In this document: piece by piece, positions 1 to 12,365 of the stretch
How positions within the stretch are numbered: the stretch's first letter is position 1
How the letters are laid out: every line of letters begins with the position of its first letter
Origin: Octopus sinensis
Lineage: Eukaryota
Direction of reading: 5' to 3'
NCBI RefSeq assembly: GCF_006345805.1
Contig: NC_043006.1
Location: 24,552,001-24,616,000 of the forward strand
DNA length: 64,000 nucleotides
The notes under the pieces: model-generated
Told to the model about the DNA's origin: nothing
Database searches by the model: none
Seen by the model: the letters and a program-made list of their open reading frames with translations, nothing else
Program-made: the position numbers and the translations under genes

Positions 1-67
1 AGACAGAGGGTTAAATGAAATTCAAGCAATTCGATATTAACAGTATTTTCAATATTACCTTGACACT

Positions 68-257
68 TAAGCCAGTGAGTTGGAAGAATCTTTTGCATGT
101 CTGCCTAAATGCTTAGCTGCATTTTGTCAGACTTTATGTTCTGAGTTCAAATTCCGCTGAGTGGATAAAAATAAGTACCGGCTGAACTCTGGGATTAATG
201 CAATCCACATGCCCCTCCTCTGAAATTGCTGGCCTTGTGCCAAAATTTGAAGCCAAT
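68..257 (+). mobile_element. tRNA-derived SINE fragment (family with gagttcaaat...tttcatcc...aaaataagtacc core)
   Basis: B-box-like ctgagttcaaattcc, aaaataagtacc and the tail gaaattgctggccttgtgccaaaatttgaa recur at 10563-10735 and, reverse-complemented, at 11030-11230 and 12145-12365. Confidence 0.65.
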
Positions 258-1489
258 ATTACCTTGACATTTAAGGAATCTTAGTTTTCTACTTTCTTCC
301 CTTTCCTCTACTTGTATTTCATTTATTTGATCTTAATAGGTCAAAACAAAGAGCAACAAGCTTGATTATGGAGTGGAGAGTTAATGGTTTTTTTTTTTTT
401 ATCTTGTCACCTATTGAGAAATAGGTAATTCTGCTGCACCAAAGTTTAAATTCAATAGTTAACATTCCAGCAATTTGTTGAAATGCAGGGATAATCATGC
501 AAAAAAATAGATATTAAAAAAAAAGATGTCTGTAAATGGGGAAAAAATCATGTAAAGAATAACAAATGAACAAAGAACATGCATATTAAGTATGACAGAT
601 CTTAAACCATTAGTAGTAAAACAAAATAAAACAACACAATTTTTCTATTGGTGAACCGTTTCTCTGAAAGACATAAACAGGAGATATCTTGTTTTTCCCT
701 TTATAGCTAACACATTTCTAACAATAGCTAAAAGTTCAGTTTATCAAGTGAATGTAAATTATTTGGCAATGGCCTAATAGCTATGAGGCATAAACAAATG
801 TCTACAAAATCTTCTGAAGCAAAATTATTAAAGATTGTGAGGGAAAAGAGAAACTAGTAAAAAGAAGAAATTATAAAATAGCTGTTGAATTTTCATTGAA
901 ACCAGTTAGAATTCAGAGAAACAAAGCCTCTGTAATCCCAGAAGACTTAGACTTTCCTAATCCCATGTGTATCTTTGATTTGTTTGTTGGTTTATCCTAC
1001 TCTTCCACAAACTACTAACTCTGTTGACTGTTAGCAAGAATCAATATCAAAGCTATTAAACTAGAATATAAACCATTTTTATCCCTTTTTTTTTTGAAAG
1101 AAAACCAATATTTTCAAATGACCAAAATCAAAACTAAAAGACAAAGTAAAAGTCTATCAGCTCATTTTCTAGTAGAGACAACTAACTGTTTACTGATAAG
1201 TAATATTTGGCGCAAAACCTAACACATTTGTAAATACCATATCAAAACTTCATAACAAACGATTATCATATTCCATTTTGGATTATGATATTCAATGCTT
1301 CTACAGTTTTCATTTTTTTGCTAGTTTGTTTTTTTATCTTTTTTTATTAACGTCTTGGGGTTGGAGGAAGGGGCAGCACCCATGGTCTTTGCAGATCCTC
1401 CCAAACCAGTGAGATTGATGCCATTAATGTACTTATTCTATTGGTTTCTTTTGCTGAATTGTTAAGTTACATAACCAAACCAACACCAG

Positions 1490-1668
1490 TTGTTATACAA
1501 TGGAAGGGGAGGGAGAACACTAGTGTGCATACAAACAGAGACACACAATACAATTCCACACAGTTTCTCTCTACTGAATTCGCTCCTAAGGCATAGAATG
1601 GGACTAAGTTCAAAACTAGTTGGTCACAAAGTGAGCTTCTTAACCACACAGCCATAGCTGCACCTATA
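1490..1668 (-). mobile_element. SINE 5' fragment (tRNA-like head family)
   Basis: Reverse complement of the head seen at 1850 and 60960 (ggctgtgtggttaagaagc...). Confidence 0.55.
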
Positions 1669-1849
1669 TACGAAGTTGGTGTTCTAAGATAGTATTGCAG
1701 AGTTGATCACTTCTGCTGTATCTGGGTAGTTTCTTAAAGCAAGTGCCTACCCCAATTACCACTACTATACTTATGAAAATGCCACAAAAGAAAGACAATC
1801 AATAGATTCACAGCATCCACAGAGCTGCAGCAGATGCCAGATATTGGTA

Positions 1850-2255
1850 TATACTGGCTATGTGGTAAGAAGAAGTTTGCTTCCCAGCCACATGGCTCCA
1901 GGTTCAATCCTACTGCATGGCACCTTGGGTAGGTGTCTTCTACCATAGCCCTGTCCCAACCAAAGCCTCTGAATGGATTTGGTAGATGGAAACTGAAAGA
2001 AGCCAGTCGTATGTGTGTGTTTGTCTCCTTGTCTTAACATTGCATGATAGTTGTAAATAAGTGCTACTGTCATACAAGCAATGTCATTCATTTCCAATAT
2101 TTTGCAAGAACATGTCTGGCCATGGGAAAATATTACTTTGCTTGGAAACAGGTGAGGGTTGGCAATAGGAAGAGCATCTAACTGCAGAAAATCTGCCTCA
2201 AATATACTCCATCCAACCCATGCAAGCATGGAAAAGTGGATGATAAATTATGATG
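1850..2255 (+). mobile_element. tRNA-derived SINE with CORE-like body and RTE-type 3' tail
   Basis: Head ggctatgtggtaagaag...ggttcaatcc; body gcaccttgggtaggtgtcttctaccatagcc; tail ggttggcaataggaagagcatc...ccaacccatgcaagcatggaaaagtgga...gatga matches the RTE 3' end at 39105-39246. Confidence 0.75.
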
Positions 2256-4735
2256 ACATGCATAAATATACAGAGACAGCAGAAAGATGTTCCAGCTCGA
2301 TCTGGTCAAGGAGGAACAAAAATGACTCCATACCATTTGAAGGCAATATTTTGGTATCTTAATGTTAAGGGAAGTAACTCTGAGTGATTCATTGTGAAAG
2401 TGTTGACAATTTATCGCTGCCATGATAACTGACATCATTTCTTCTCTAAGTATAACCATGAAAGCTGAATCAGAGAGGAGTTACAACTAGTTAAAATCTC
2501 TAAGCAGTTCAAATGCACGAATCTCTGATATCCAAGTGGCTAAAAGGTGTCAATAGAAGGGCACCCATGAGTTATGATCTGGATGCAGACTAGCCACCTT
2601 AGAATGTAATAAGTTAAGAGCCAAAACACTTGCCTGAAGTGGGTTTCTTCTCTGAATATCTTCTGCTGTGTAGTTCTGAGAATTTCTTACCACTATATAG
2701 AAGCACTAAATTCAAAGAATACTCAAAACACATATGTATGTGTGTGCACTCATGTCCATGCATACTTGTGGATGCAGACACCAAAGTCCAACTTCTGTTT
2801 ATAATTGTGAACAATAGAAACAAATTTTTTAATATGACTCACTCTCTGAACTTTTCATATAGCAACTCATTGCTTAATGTCATACTTGCTTGAAGAGGAA
2901 ATCCTCAAAAGGCTGGCATTCAACTTCAGCCATATTTTGTTCTGGTATTAAAAGCAGCTCACCCATGTATATGACTACTGGATGACAAAGGATACCCTGA
3001 AACTTAGAATACAATTTGTAAAGTAATGATATATATGATAGAAGCACTAGATTCATCTCATTACATTAATATAGGCTTAAGATGATAGAGTTGTGAAAGT
3101 ATTAGTATGCTCAAGCCTCCTGCACTCTGAGTTCAAACCCAGCCAAAGTCAATGTTGTTGCAATCTGTCTGGAATTAATAAATAAAAGGGCATGGAAGAA
3201 GGTACCTTGTGGTATTTGCTGCAGCTCTTTGCATTTTGAGTTCAAATCCTGCCATGGCCTACTTGGGTTCCTTTAGTGCAATCTACTCTGTTGCAAACAG
3301 TTTGAGGCTAACTTCTACCCCTCTCACTAGTCTTGGAAGCCCTATAATAGGTTATGGGTACTGTCCTTTCCCCCCCTTTAACCCCCCTCCTCCGTTCAAC
3401 AAAAGGAAGTTTCACAGTAAACACACATCCAGCCCATATCGTTATTGTGTTTAATAGAAAGAAAAACATCTCCTCAGTTAAATTTGCAAACAATACTATG
3501 TAGCTGGAAACATCACCAACCGAGTCAACAATAACATGCCAAGAGAGATTAAAGAAGACCTGGCCAAAGGTAGTCAGGTTCAACCTAAAAATATTGGATC
3601 ATCTCAGAGAAGAAATAATTTGGGAAGACTGGATTGCAAACCTACATATCTCATGCCAGAATGGGTTGAAATAAATAATCATATTGATTTTAAAAAATCT
3701 GATGATTGGGAATCCAAGTTAAACTATTTCCATGAATGAATATTTTTCTTAAAATACAAAGTGATTACAATGGTATAATGTGTTTGTAAACACATGCATC
3801 CACATACCATAAGCAATACATTTGGTCTCTTTTCCCAATTCCAACATAAATGCCCTCCAGTAAAAGAAAAAAAAATCCATTAAGTTAACTAAACTGGGAA
3901 ACCAAAAAGCCACACATTCAAGCAAACATTAGAAGTGAAATCCAAAAGAAATTTCAAAAGATATGCAGTTCTAGAAGGATTATGAAGTTTTAAAAAGGCA
4001 AGATTCTTTTAAAAAATTCACCTGACCTTTTGGCTTTATGCAGTGGTGTTTCTTCAAAGTTTGACTTTTTGTGGTTTCTGCCAGTTTGAATAAGGAAAAA
4101 AAATCAATATTTTTAAATAAGGAAAATAAAGAATAAATAAAAAATCACAAACAAAACAATCATAATGGCAACATCAATGCTTCAAGAAAAATGGTTCAAC
4201 AAAATCTATAAAAGTAAAAATGCTAAGATGGGCATATCTGTAATATATGGCAGCATGATACTAAAAACATCAAATTATTGAATTTGAGCAGAAATAACCA
4301 GAAATTAACTTGTTTTAAAACTTCTTCAGTTTATAGAAAATACTAAACTAGATAAATTCTAATGAAGTATGAAGAGCACTAATATACCACTAGAGTTGGT
4401 CACAGCGAATACATATAGAATTAGGGAAGGAGACAGGATTAACATTGCTTAATTTAATAAGATTGAAAATAGAACACTGAAGCAATTAGAGCAATAATGA
4501 TATATAGGTTCATCAGCTGAGATAAAGAAATAGGGTCATCCAGAAATAATATCTGATAGGTTTATCTTGGCTTTAAAAAACAAATCCTTTAAAAAATTGG
4601 CTTCATTTTTATTCCATTCTTTAGCTATTCTTACAAGTATGTTTTCTAGCTGTCTTTTACTCTCTGATATTGACTTCTTAAATATAGTTTCTGTTTTCTC
4701 CCACTTGAATGCCAGTGTTTAAACAGCACAACCAT

Positions 4736-4766
<31 letters not shown>

Positions 4767-4849
4767 GGGACTCCACATATGACATATCCCTGTAATTCAC
4801 ATATGCAAAACAAAAGGAATAAATAATGAAAACAAAGTCTAACGGTCAT

Positions 4850-4903
4850 TTGCGAACATGTTTCTAGATTAGAAATATAATTTCATATCTTTCATCAGCG
4901 CAA
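4850..4903 (-). ncRNA. Minimal type I hammerhead ribozyme motif, probably decayed
   Basis: Minus strand: ttgcg-CTGATGA-a-agat...atct-a-GAAA-catg-T-T-cgcaa. 5-bp stem I, palindromic stem III (acatgt). Position 10.1/11.1 is an A/A mismatch. Confidence 0.6.
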
Positions 4904-5053
4904 CTCTCCATAAAAATAGATACTGAACTTTACAGAAGTTCCTACCGTTAATGGTTATATTTACATGCCGAAATCTACCAGTAAATAATTGTTGGTTTTT
5001 TAAAAACCATTAAAGAAATTATTCACTCTTATTATTATTATAATAATAATAAT

Positions 5054-5086
<33 letters not shown>

Positions 5087-5090
<4 letters not shown>

Positions 5091-5330
5091 GTCATCCCAT
5101 AAATAATGCAGTTTTTTTATACTTCTTTTATTTTTAAAAATTATGATAAAGTTCTTTTTTAATCTAAAATATACTCTCCTTCATTTTCTACAATGCTCTT
5201 CCGTCTATCTGGTAGACTTGCAAGGCCCCTCTTCCAAAATTCACTTGACCATGACGAAAAATACTCATCCAGTACTGTTCTGACCTCATTTACACAACAT
5301 GTAAATCTCCACCGTTGAGATTTACTTCCT
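5087..5330 (-). mobile_element. mariner transposon 3' end
   Basis: Minus-strand translation ...VLDEYFSSWSSEFWKRGLASLPDR.KSIVENEGEYILD* resembles a mariner transposase C-terminus; the element ends in a TIR-like ttgggtcatcccataaataatgc next to TA. Confidence 0.7.
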
Positions 5331-8300
5331 ACGAAAGTTTAATATTTCTTCCATTTAGGCAACCATTCTGTTTGTTTCCTCTTTCTTGTGTATGCCTAAG
5401 TTTGACTTCTTGTGGTGTTTGAACAGGGTTTTCTAGAGCACTTCCATGGGTATCTTTTCTTTTTAATGTTTATCTAGTTTTTTAACTGGTAAATGACTTT
5501 TGTGTTCCCATTTTTCACCTCTTACTATACACATCATTTTGCCTATTCATTTTGTTACTATTCCATCTTCTCAACCCTCTCTTCCATTTTTGTATATTTT
5601 GAAAAACACCTTGGCACCGATATTAAAATACTTTGTCATATTTTTAGTGTTTCCCCTATTTGTTTTTCTTACTGGTCAACAATTGACTTTATTTTTCGAG
5701 CAAACATTAGTTCTGCAGGTGACTTACTTGAACAAGTGTTTGGGCTTTGAGATATCAATATTTTTTAACTTCCATCAAACACCTTTTGGCAATTTTCAGA
5801 CCAATTCCATTTCATATCTTTTTCAGCAAATTATTCAGTAGAGCCCTAGCCTTATACATATTTGGGATATAATTTTGCTAATAATTTGCCAATCCTAAAA
5901 ATACTTGTATGGTTCATATATTAGTCAGAGGTATATTTCTAATTAGGTTTGCCGTTGACAGGTCAGGTTGTCATCCATTTTTTGTCAATAATTTGTCCTA
6001 AATATCTTATTTCTGGTAAAAAAAAAAAAGTTCATACTCAAGGTAAAGCCATAATCCTTAATTTTTTCAAATACATATTTTACATGCTCTATGTGTTGAT
6101 CCTTGGATTTGCTTTTAATGATTAATCATGGAATTGCAAATTCAGTCTGCTAACATTGCTTCCATAATCTGTTGAAAAATTGCAGGTTACGATTTAAACC
6201 AAATCGTAACCTGTTGTACTTATACAGTCCTTTATTTGTGTTAACTGTTAGGTATTTCAACCATTCACTGTCTGCTCTAATTTGTAGGTATGCATCAGCG
6301 ATCCAATTTAGAAAATATCTTGCCACTGTTTAAACTTTGTAAAAATACCCTCCAGAGTAGGTAGTGGATAGTGGCACATTTTAAGACATTCGTTTAAACC
6401 AGTGGAAAAATCAGTGCACACTCTGATTTTATGATTCTTTTCCTTAATATACACAGTTGGTGTTGCCCATTTAGAATATTCCACTTTTTGGATAACTCCA
6501 ATTTTTTCTAGTCTCTCAGGAAAAATATTTTTTATTTTTTCTTTCAATTTGTCTGACGACTCGTTTTTACAGGAGGAAAAACCATTTATATTTTTATAGA
6601 ACAGATTTATGGGGAGGTCCCATAAATTAAACAATTCCATCCAGTCAGTACCAAGCAAGTTGTATTATTTAACACAAAAAGTTTTGTTTTCAAGGTTTTA
6701 CCCTGAAATGTAACCTCAGTTATCATTCTGCCCCAAAAATGTAATTTTTTTCCTGAGACACCTTTCACAATGTTTAACGTTTTCTTTAATGTAGGCTTTC
6801 TAATTTTTCTCCATATGTCAGTGTTAGTAATTGTAATAAAACTGCCTGTATCTAGCAATAACATCTATTTCACATTATTAATTTTTATGGAGACAAACTT
6901 TCTTTTGTGAGCTTCACCTAGACTTTCCGTTGAGAAAACCTTCCCTGAATTTTTTTTGTTTGAGCTTTTTTCTTACTCTGCAATGTGAGCTTTTATGTCT
7001 GATTTTTTGACAGTTAAAATATTAAAAATTTTTAAATGGACAGTTATTTTTAAAGTGTAGACCTCCACACCCATGGCATGGATTTGGTCTTGATCTTTGT
7101 TTTTCATTTTCTTTATCCATTACAGGTTGACACACATGTATGTGACGTTTACAGTCTCAGTTGCCGCAAACGGTACTTTAGTGTTTGCTTTAAATACAGG
7201 TACAGCATTTTCACTTACTTGGAAATAGGCTTCCATCTTTCTACACAGACCTAAATCCTCTGATAAAACTTGCAGGAACATTTTTTTCAATTATTTTCTT
7301 CAGTTCTTCCAAAAACTTGTTTTTAGCGGAACAGCCATTTGTGCTATTGCAGTAAAGATTTATGGAGAGAACCAATCTGTGCCAGATTGATTGTATTATC
7401 CACAACAAATAAATTTTGCTTTGCGTGTCTCTCCTTGAAATGTGACATCAATACATGCTTTGCCCATGAAATGTAATTTATCGCCTGTAACACGACACAG
7501 TATTTTCACTGTTTTATGTAATCTCGGTTTACCAATTTTTTTTCCAAGTATCCTCTTTTATAACCGAGATGTCACTACTTGTATCTAACTGTAATTTGGT
7601 ATTCACATCATTTATTTTTATGTCCACAAATGTTCTTGTTTTTCTGTCGCAATCACTCTCTGCTGAAAATACCTTAGAACTTTTTGAGTTTGAGTCTTGT
7701 AGTCTTGTTCTACAATGAGAACTCCTGTGCCCCAGCTTCTGACAACTATAGCACTTTTTGGTTTTAAACAGACAATCATTTTTGTAATGTAAGCCTCCAC
7801 AACCATAACATGGATTGGGACCTGGCACTTCTTTTTTTTATTATGCTTTCCAGGATGACACATTTGAATTTTTGCAGGCTTTATCTTGTATTTTTTTCAC
7901 ATCATGTTTAAGATTTACCATAGTTTGACAATCTTCTGTCATGGTGTGTAGAGATAAATCCTGGTTCACATGCTCCATTTTCAAGAGAATCCTTGCTCGA
8001 ATTTCTCAGGTGCTATGAGTCTTTGCACAAAGATAAATGATTTGAACATATCCTAGAGTTTGAAATTTTCACACATATGATTGACTACTCCAGTGTAAGT
8101 GATAAAATCCTCCTCCTCATTTTTTGTTAAGTTCCAATATTCCATTCTGGTGTTGAATAATGAACTTCTATCACAAAAAATTTTTAAAGCAGTTCCACAG
8201 TTTCTTGGAAACCAATCTCACAAAACTTTTTGGGGCAGAATAAAGTTACAGTAACGCTCATGTTTGGCAGGAGCTATATTGCATAGTAAAAGCCTTACTT

Positions 8301-8760
8301 TCTGCTGTCTTGTATTTCCTTGTATGAGAAACGTAATATTCTCCTCCAGATTATACATAAACTCAGAAACTGTGTTAGCCACACCATCAAATATAAACAA
8401 GCTTACTGGATTTTCAGACTTCGCCAACTGTAACTTAATTAATTGTTGTCGTTGTTATATTATTTGGTTTTGCAACCTTTGTAGTTGTTCTTGTTGCTTC
8501 TCTAGAAGCTGTACTACTGCAGCTAATAGGTTTTCCATGACAGAAATTATCAAATAACCAATTTGAGTTTCCTCACAGATGTTATATCCTTAGGAACAAA
8601 CAAATACACTGCGATAGTGTAATAACAATAAAATCGAAACAAATGGTAGTAACCACACGGAACATAACAGCAATCTTTTAAGAACCAACTATCCAACACA
8701 CTAACTCGAACTGTAAACTTTGAACTATTAACACACAAACTTTGGAACTAGCATGAACTA
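5330..8760 (-). mobile_element. Decayed Ty3/gypsy LTR retrotransposon: gag, two NC-protease modules, RT, integrase C-terminus (RNase H and integrase core deleted)
   Basis: Gag-like 8218-8540; CCHC knuckles CYGCGGLHYKNDC/CYSCQKLGHRSSHC; proteases LQLDTSSD and LLLDTGSF; RT LEKIGVI..WATP..IRVCTDFSTGLN..YPLP; FLGLANY; SPAELMFARKI; LTR/PBS-like junction near 8580. Confidence 0.85.
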
Positions 8761-8809
8761 CCTCACTTACTCAGACCACTACTATTTATATGTAGTAGTC
8801 CAATCCATT

Positions 8810-9490
8810 CTCACAAGGGAGCATCATACTCTCACACAAGTTTCCTTGAACATTTTCTAACCTAGGATGAGTGCTGGGTTTATTACTTTGAGCCAGAGAC
8901 AAAGAGACAATCCATGTAATGGAAACACCCCTCCTACCTGCTCCAAAGAAGGCTACGGTCATTTCATCTGCAGGGAAGGTGACAGCCTCAGTCTGTTGGG
9001 TTCCGAAAGGCATTGTGTTTATTGACTACGCTCAAAAGGGCCAGGAAAGTGCTATACCTACCTGCTGGGGCAGTTACAAGAAGCTATCAAGACCAAATGC
9101 CCAAGAAAACTGATGAAAGGGGATCTTGTTTCATGAGGACAACACTCAGGCACACAAGTCCTTGGTTTTAAAGGCTACTGTGTGTGATTGTGGCTTTGAA
9201 TTGGTTAATTACCCTCCTATCCCCCTGATGTAGCCCCATCTGACTATCATCTATTCCCCAACATGAAAAAACTCTTGACTGGGAACCAGTGTCTCAGTAA
9301 TGATGTCATATCTAACGTTGATGACCTTTGTGACTAACAGGATAGAAGCTCTGTCACTAATGTGATCCAAGTATTGCAACACTGGTAGAAGAAGTGTATG
9401 AACCACAAGGGGGATTATGTTGAAAAATAAATTTCATTTGGTCGCATTCCATTAAAGTATTTAAAGAATTTTTCAGCTGACCCTTGTATA
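8810..9490 (+). mobile_element. mariner (DD34D-type) transposase remnant with 3' end
   Basis: Across frames: DECWVYYFEPETKRQSM*WKH..PKKA..SAGKV.ASV.W..KGIVFIDY; FHEDN; P(D)VAPSDYHLFPNMKK; ..KCMNHKGDYVEK*; ends ...gctgacccttgta. Confidence 0.85.
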
Positions 9491-9514
9491 TGGTTGACCT
9501 AAAACTCTATTATA

Positions 9515-11030
9515 TACAGTGAAAGTATTCAGTGATGACATCAGGATGGAGTTTGGTCTTGATAGATGTGCCTTAGTCACTTTCCAGAAAGGGAAATTGA
9601 AGATCACAAATTCAGATGTGTTAGATGTTGACAATTATAAAAGAACTTGAGCAGGAACAAACTTATAAATACCTAGGGCGAAAAAAAAGTCTGACATTTA
9701 GCATGTAATCATGAAAGAGAAGATCATGAAGGAATGTCATAGGAGAGTTCAAACAGTTCTGAAATCTGAGCTAAATGCACATACCAAGATGTTATCCATA
9801 AATTCCTTAGCAGTTCCAGTTGTTACTAAGTGATTCAAAGTGATGAACTGGACTATCAGTGAAATAAAGAAAATTGACAGAAAAATATGTAAGCTGCTGA
9901 GTTAATAAGATACACCGCCCAAAGGCACTCATGGATTATCTTTACCTTCCTAGGTCATGGCTTAATCCACTTTGAACTTTCTCATAAAATCACCACAACT
10001 GGACTGGTCAGATACCTTGAAACAATTAATAACTGGATGCTAACACTTGTTGAAAATCACAACAGCTTCATACTGTCTTGAAGGAAAGCAAAACATTTGC
10101 TACTGGTTTCATGTCTGATACCAAGGCTGAACAGCCAGAGGGAAGTGCGGCAACTGTTGTTGCAAAGAAGGTGAAATTAAAGGCAAAGAAAAAAGTGTGT
10201 GAACAATTGGCTGGTAAATAGGAGCATAAACCTCTGTATAGCAAATATGTGGCCCATAGCAACATATGTTGAACAGATATGAAGCTTAGGATTAAAGGTA
10301 GTGAGTGAAGGCTTCTTCTTAGCTGTTCAAAATCAAAGCTTATTGACCCAGAACTACCAAGCCAGTGTGATGAAAACTGGAGTAGTTCTAAAGTGTAGAT
10401 TCTGCAACAATGAGATTAAAACAGTAGATCTCTGGATATAAAGTTTTAGTACCTGTAGAGTGTAAATCAAGACATGACAGAGCTGGCCAATATTTACACT
10501 GGTTAATATGTCAGCATTATAATGCATCAAGCTGACTGAATTATTACCACATCAAAATAAATGCTTTGCAGTATTTCTTCAGACTTTATGTTCTGAGTTC
10601 AAATACTGCCACGGTCAACTTTGCCTTTCATCCTTTTAGGGTCAATAAAATAAGTAACACTTGAACACTGGGGCTAATGTAATCAACTTAACCTACTCCT
10701 CTGAAATTGCTGGCCTTGTGCCAACATTTGAAACTGATATATCGATATTAAAAAAATCAAAACTGTTGACAAGTGGTATTAGCAGCACTCTGAGGATGTA
10801 ACTGAGGGAGAAAATTTAACTCTTTGGGAGTTTCCAGTACATATAGACAGAAGCATCAAAGTTAATAAACTGGGTATTGTTGTAAAAGACCAAAATAATA
10901 AATAAAGTTTGTTTACTGATCAATATGAGTTTTCCTTGTGATCATAATATGTTGGCAAAAGAATTTGACAAGCTCAAAAAATATAAAGATTTGCTCACTG
11001 AAATCGAAATAATGTCACAAGGCAGTTGTA
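9515..11030 (+). mobile_element. R4/Dong-like non-LTR retrotransposon fragment (RT C-terminus, zinc-knuckle remnant, restriction-like endonuclease)
   Basis: VFSDDIRMEFGLDRCA; YKYLG; KSELNA..INSLAVPV; KCRFCNNEIKTVD; RHDRAGQYLHWLICQHY; LWEFPVHIDRSIKVNK.GIVVKD..KEFDKLKKYKDL. Confidence 0.8.
10563..10735 (+). mobile_element. SINE nested in the R4-like LINE
   Basis: ctgagttcaaatactgccacggtcaactttgcctttcatccttttagggtcaataaaataag; interrupts the RLE coding region. Confidence 0.75.
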
Positions 11031-11230
11031 ATACCTATTTCTTTACTACCCACAAGGGGCTAAACACAGAGGAGACAAACGGATTAAGTCGATTATATCG
11101 ACACCAGTGCGTAACTGGTACTTAATTTATCGACCCTGAAAGGATGAAAGGCAAAGTTGACCTCGGTGCAATTTGAACTCAGAACGTAACGACAGACGAA
11201 ATGACGTGCTAACGTTCTGCCAGCTTGCTG
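11030..11230 (-). mobile_element. SINE (same family, opposite strand)
   Basis: ctggtacttaatttatcgaccctgaaaggatgaaaggcaaagttgacctcgg..tttgaactcag is the reverse complement of the 10563 core. Confidence 0.8.
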
Positions 11231-11573
11231 TGATTGTAGGAGCACTTGGAATGATTAAAAAAAAAGAATAGAATGGAAAATAGTTTGAAAATGATCCCTG
11301 GCTTAATAACCCTACAAAAATTACAAAAGATTATTTTAACAGGTATGTCGTACATATTGAGGAGAGCATTGTCGCTGTGAGAACAATTAGCACCCATGTA
11401 TTTTTTTTGTTTTTGCATAACTTCAAGTCTATTGATATACTAAACTGCCTGTGACCCGTTGGGTCACCAGAGTTTTGTTTCATGGGCTTTTTTTCATTTC
11501 CATGGTACTTTGCATGCTTTCAATGAATGTAACATCGAAATCACACATAAACAGCTCACTTTCCCAGAAGAGG

Positions 11574-11692
11574 AAAGATTTGGCTGCTATTTCTAGAACA
11601 CCCTGCTACCACGTAACAACTATTTGTGATAAAGGACTTGAAATACCTGTTACGTGGTAAGAGAGCGTTCTTGAAATAGCAGCCAAATCTTT
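11574..11692. repeat. 45-bp-arm inverted repeat (foldback/MITE-like hairpin)
   Basis: Arm 11574-11618 aaagatttggctgctatttctagaacaccctgctaccacgtaaca pairs with 11648-11692 with about 5 mismatches; 29-nt spacer. Confidence 0.9.
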
Positions 11693-12144
11693 GGAGGTGA
11701 GACAAGTTAAATGCACTCAAAAGAAACCTATGGATAAAAACTATTTCACACCAAGGTTATGAACAAGTCTTTTATGAAATATTCCATGTGTCTAATGGAA
11801 AGGTTAGAGTTTCTTCCCTTTCAGGGTTAAGTCATTTTCAGAGTATTTTCCCATTATGCAACATTTTGGGTATTTATACCCCAAAATCCCAAATATCTCA
11901 ACAACCACTGGTCCGATTTATGCAAAACTTGTTTTATTCTGTTTGTATTCACATTTCAGGGGCACTTTACTTTCAAAGTACTTTCCTATTATGCACTATT
12001 TTGGCCACGTAACATTGCAAGCAAGCAAGATTGAACTTCATTTTGAATGTATTATAGATGCAGGTGAGCTTCTTTGCCCTATAAGTCAGGAAGACACTTG
12101 ACAAGAAATGGAAACAAAATCAAACGAAAAATTAAATAATGATG

Positions 12145-12365
12145 ATGATGGTGTTTTCAAATTTTGACACAAGGCCAACAAGTTTGGGGGAGGGCATAAG
12201 TAGATTACATCGACTCCAGTGTCAACTAGTATTTATTTTATCGACCACCAAAAGGGATGAAAGGCAAAGTGAACCTTGGCAGAATTTGAACTCAGAATGT
12301 AAAAATGGACAAAATGTCACTAAGCATTTTGTTTGGCATGTTAATGATTCTGCTAGCTCACCAAA
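12145..12365 (-). mobile_element. SINE (same family as 11030)
   Basis: ggatgaaaggcaaagtgaaccttggcagaatttgaactcagaa core. Confidence 0.7.

Noticed and set aside
3400-3740. Short ORFs near 3536-3739 as a host exon
   Set aside because: No recognisable domain and no convincing flanking splice sites.
11330-11348. Plus-strand ttattttaaCAG|GTATGT
   Set aside because: Short pyrimidine tract, no second donor seen, opposite strand.
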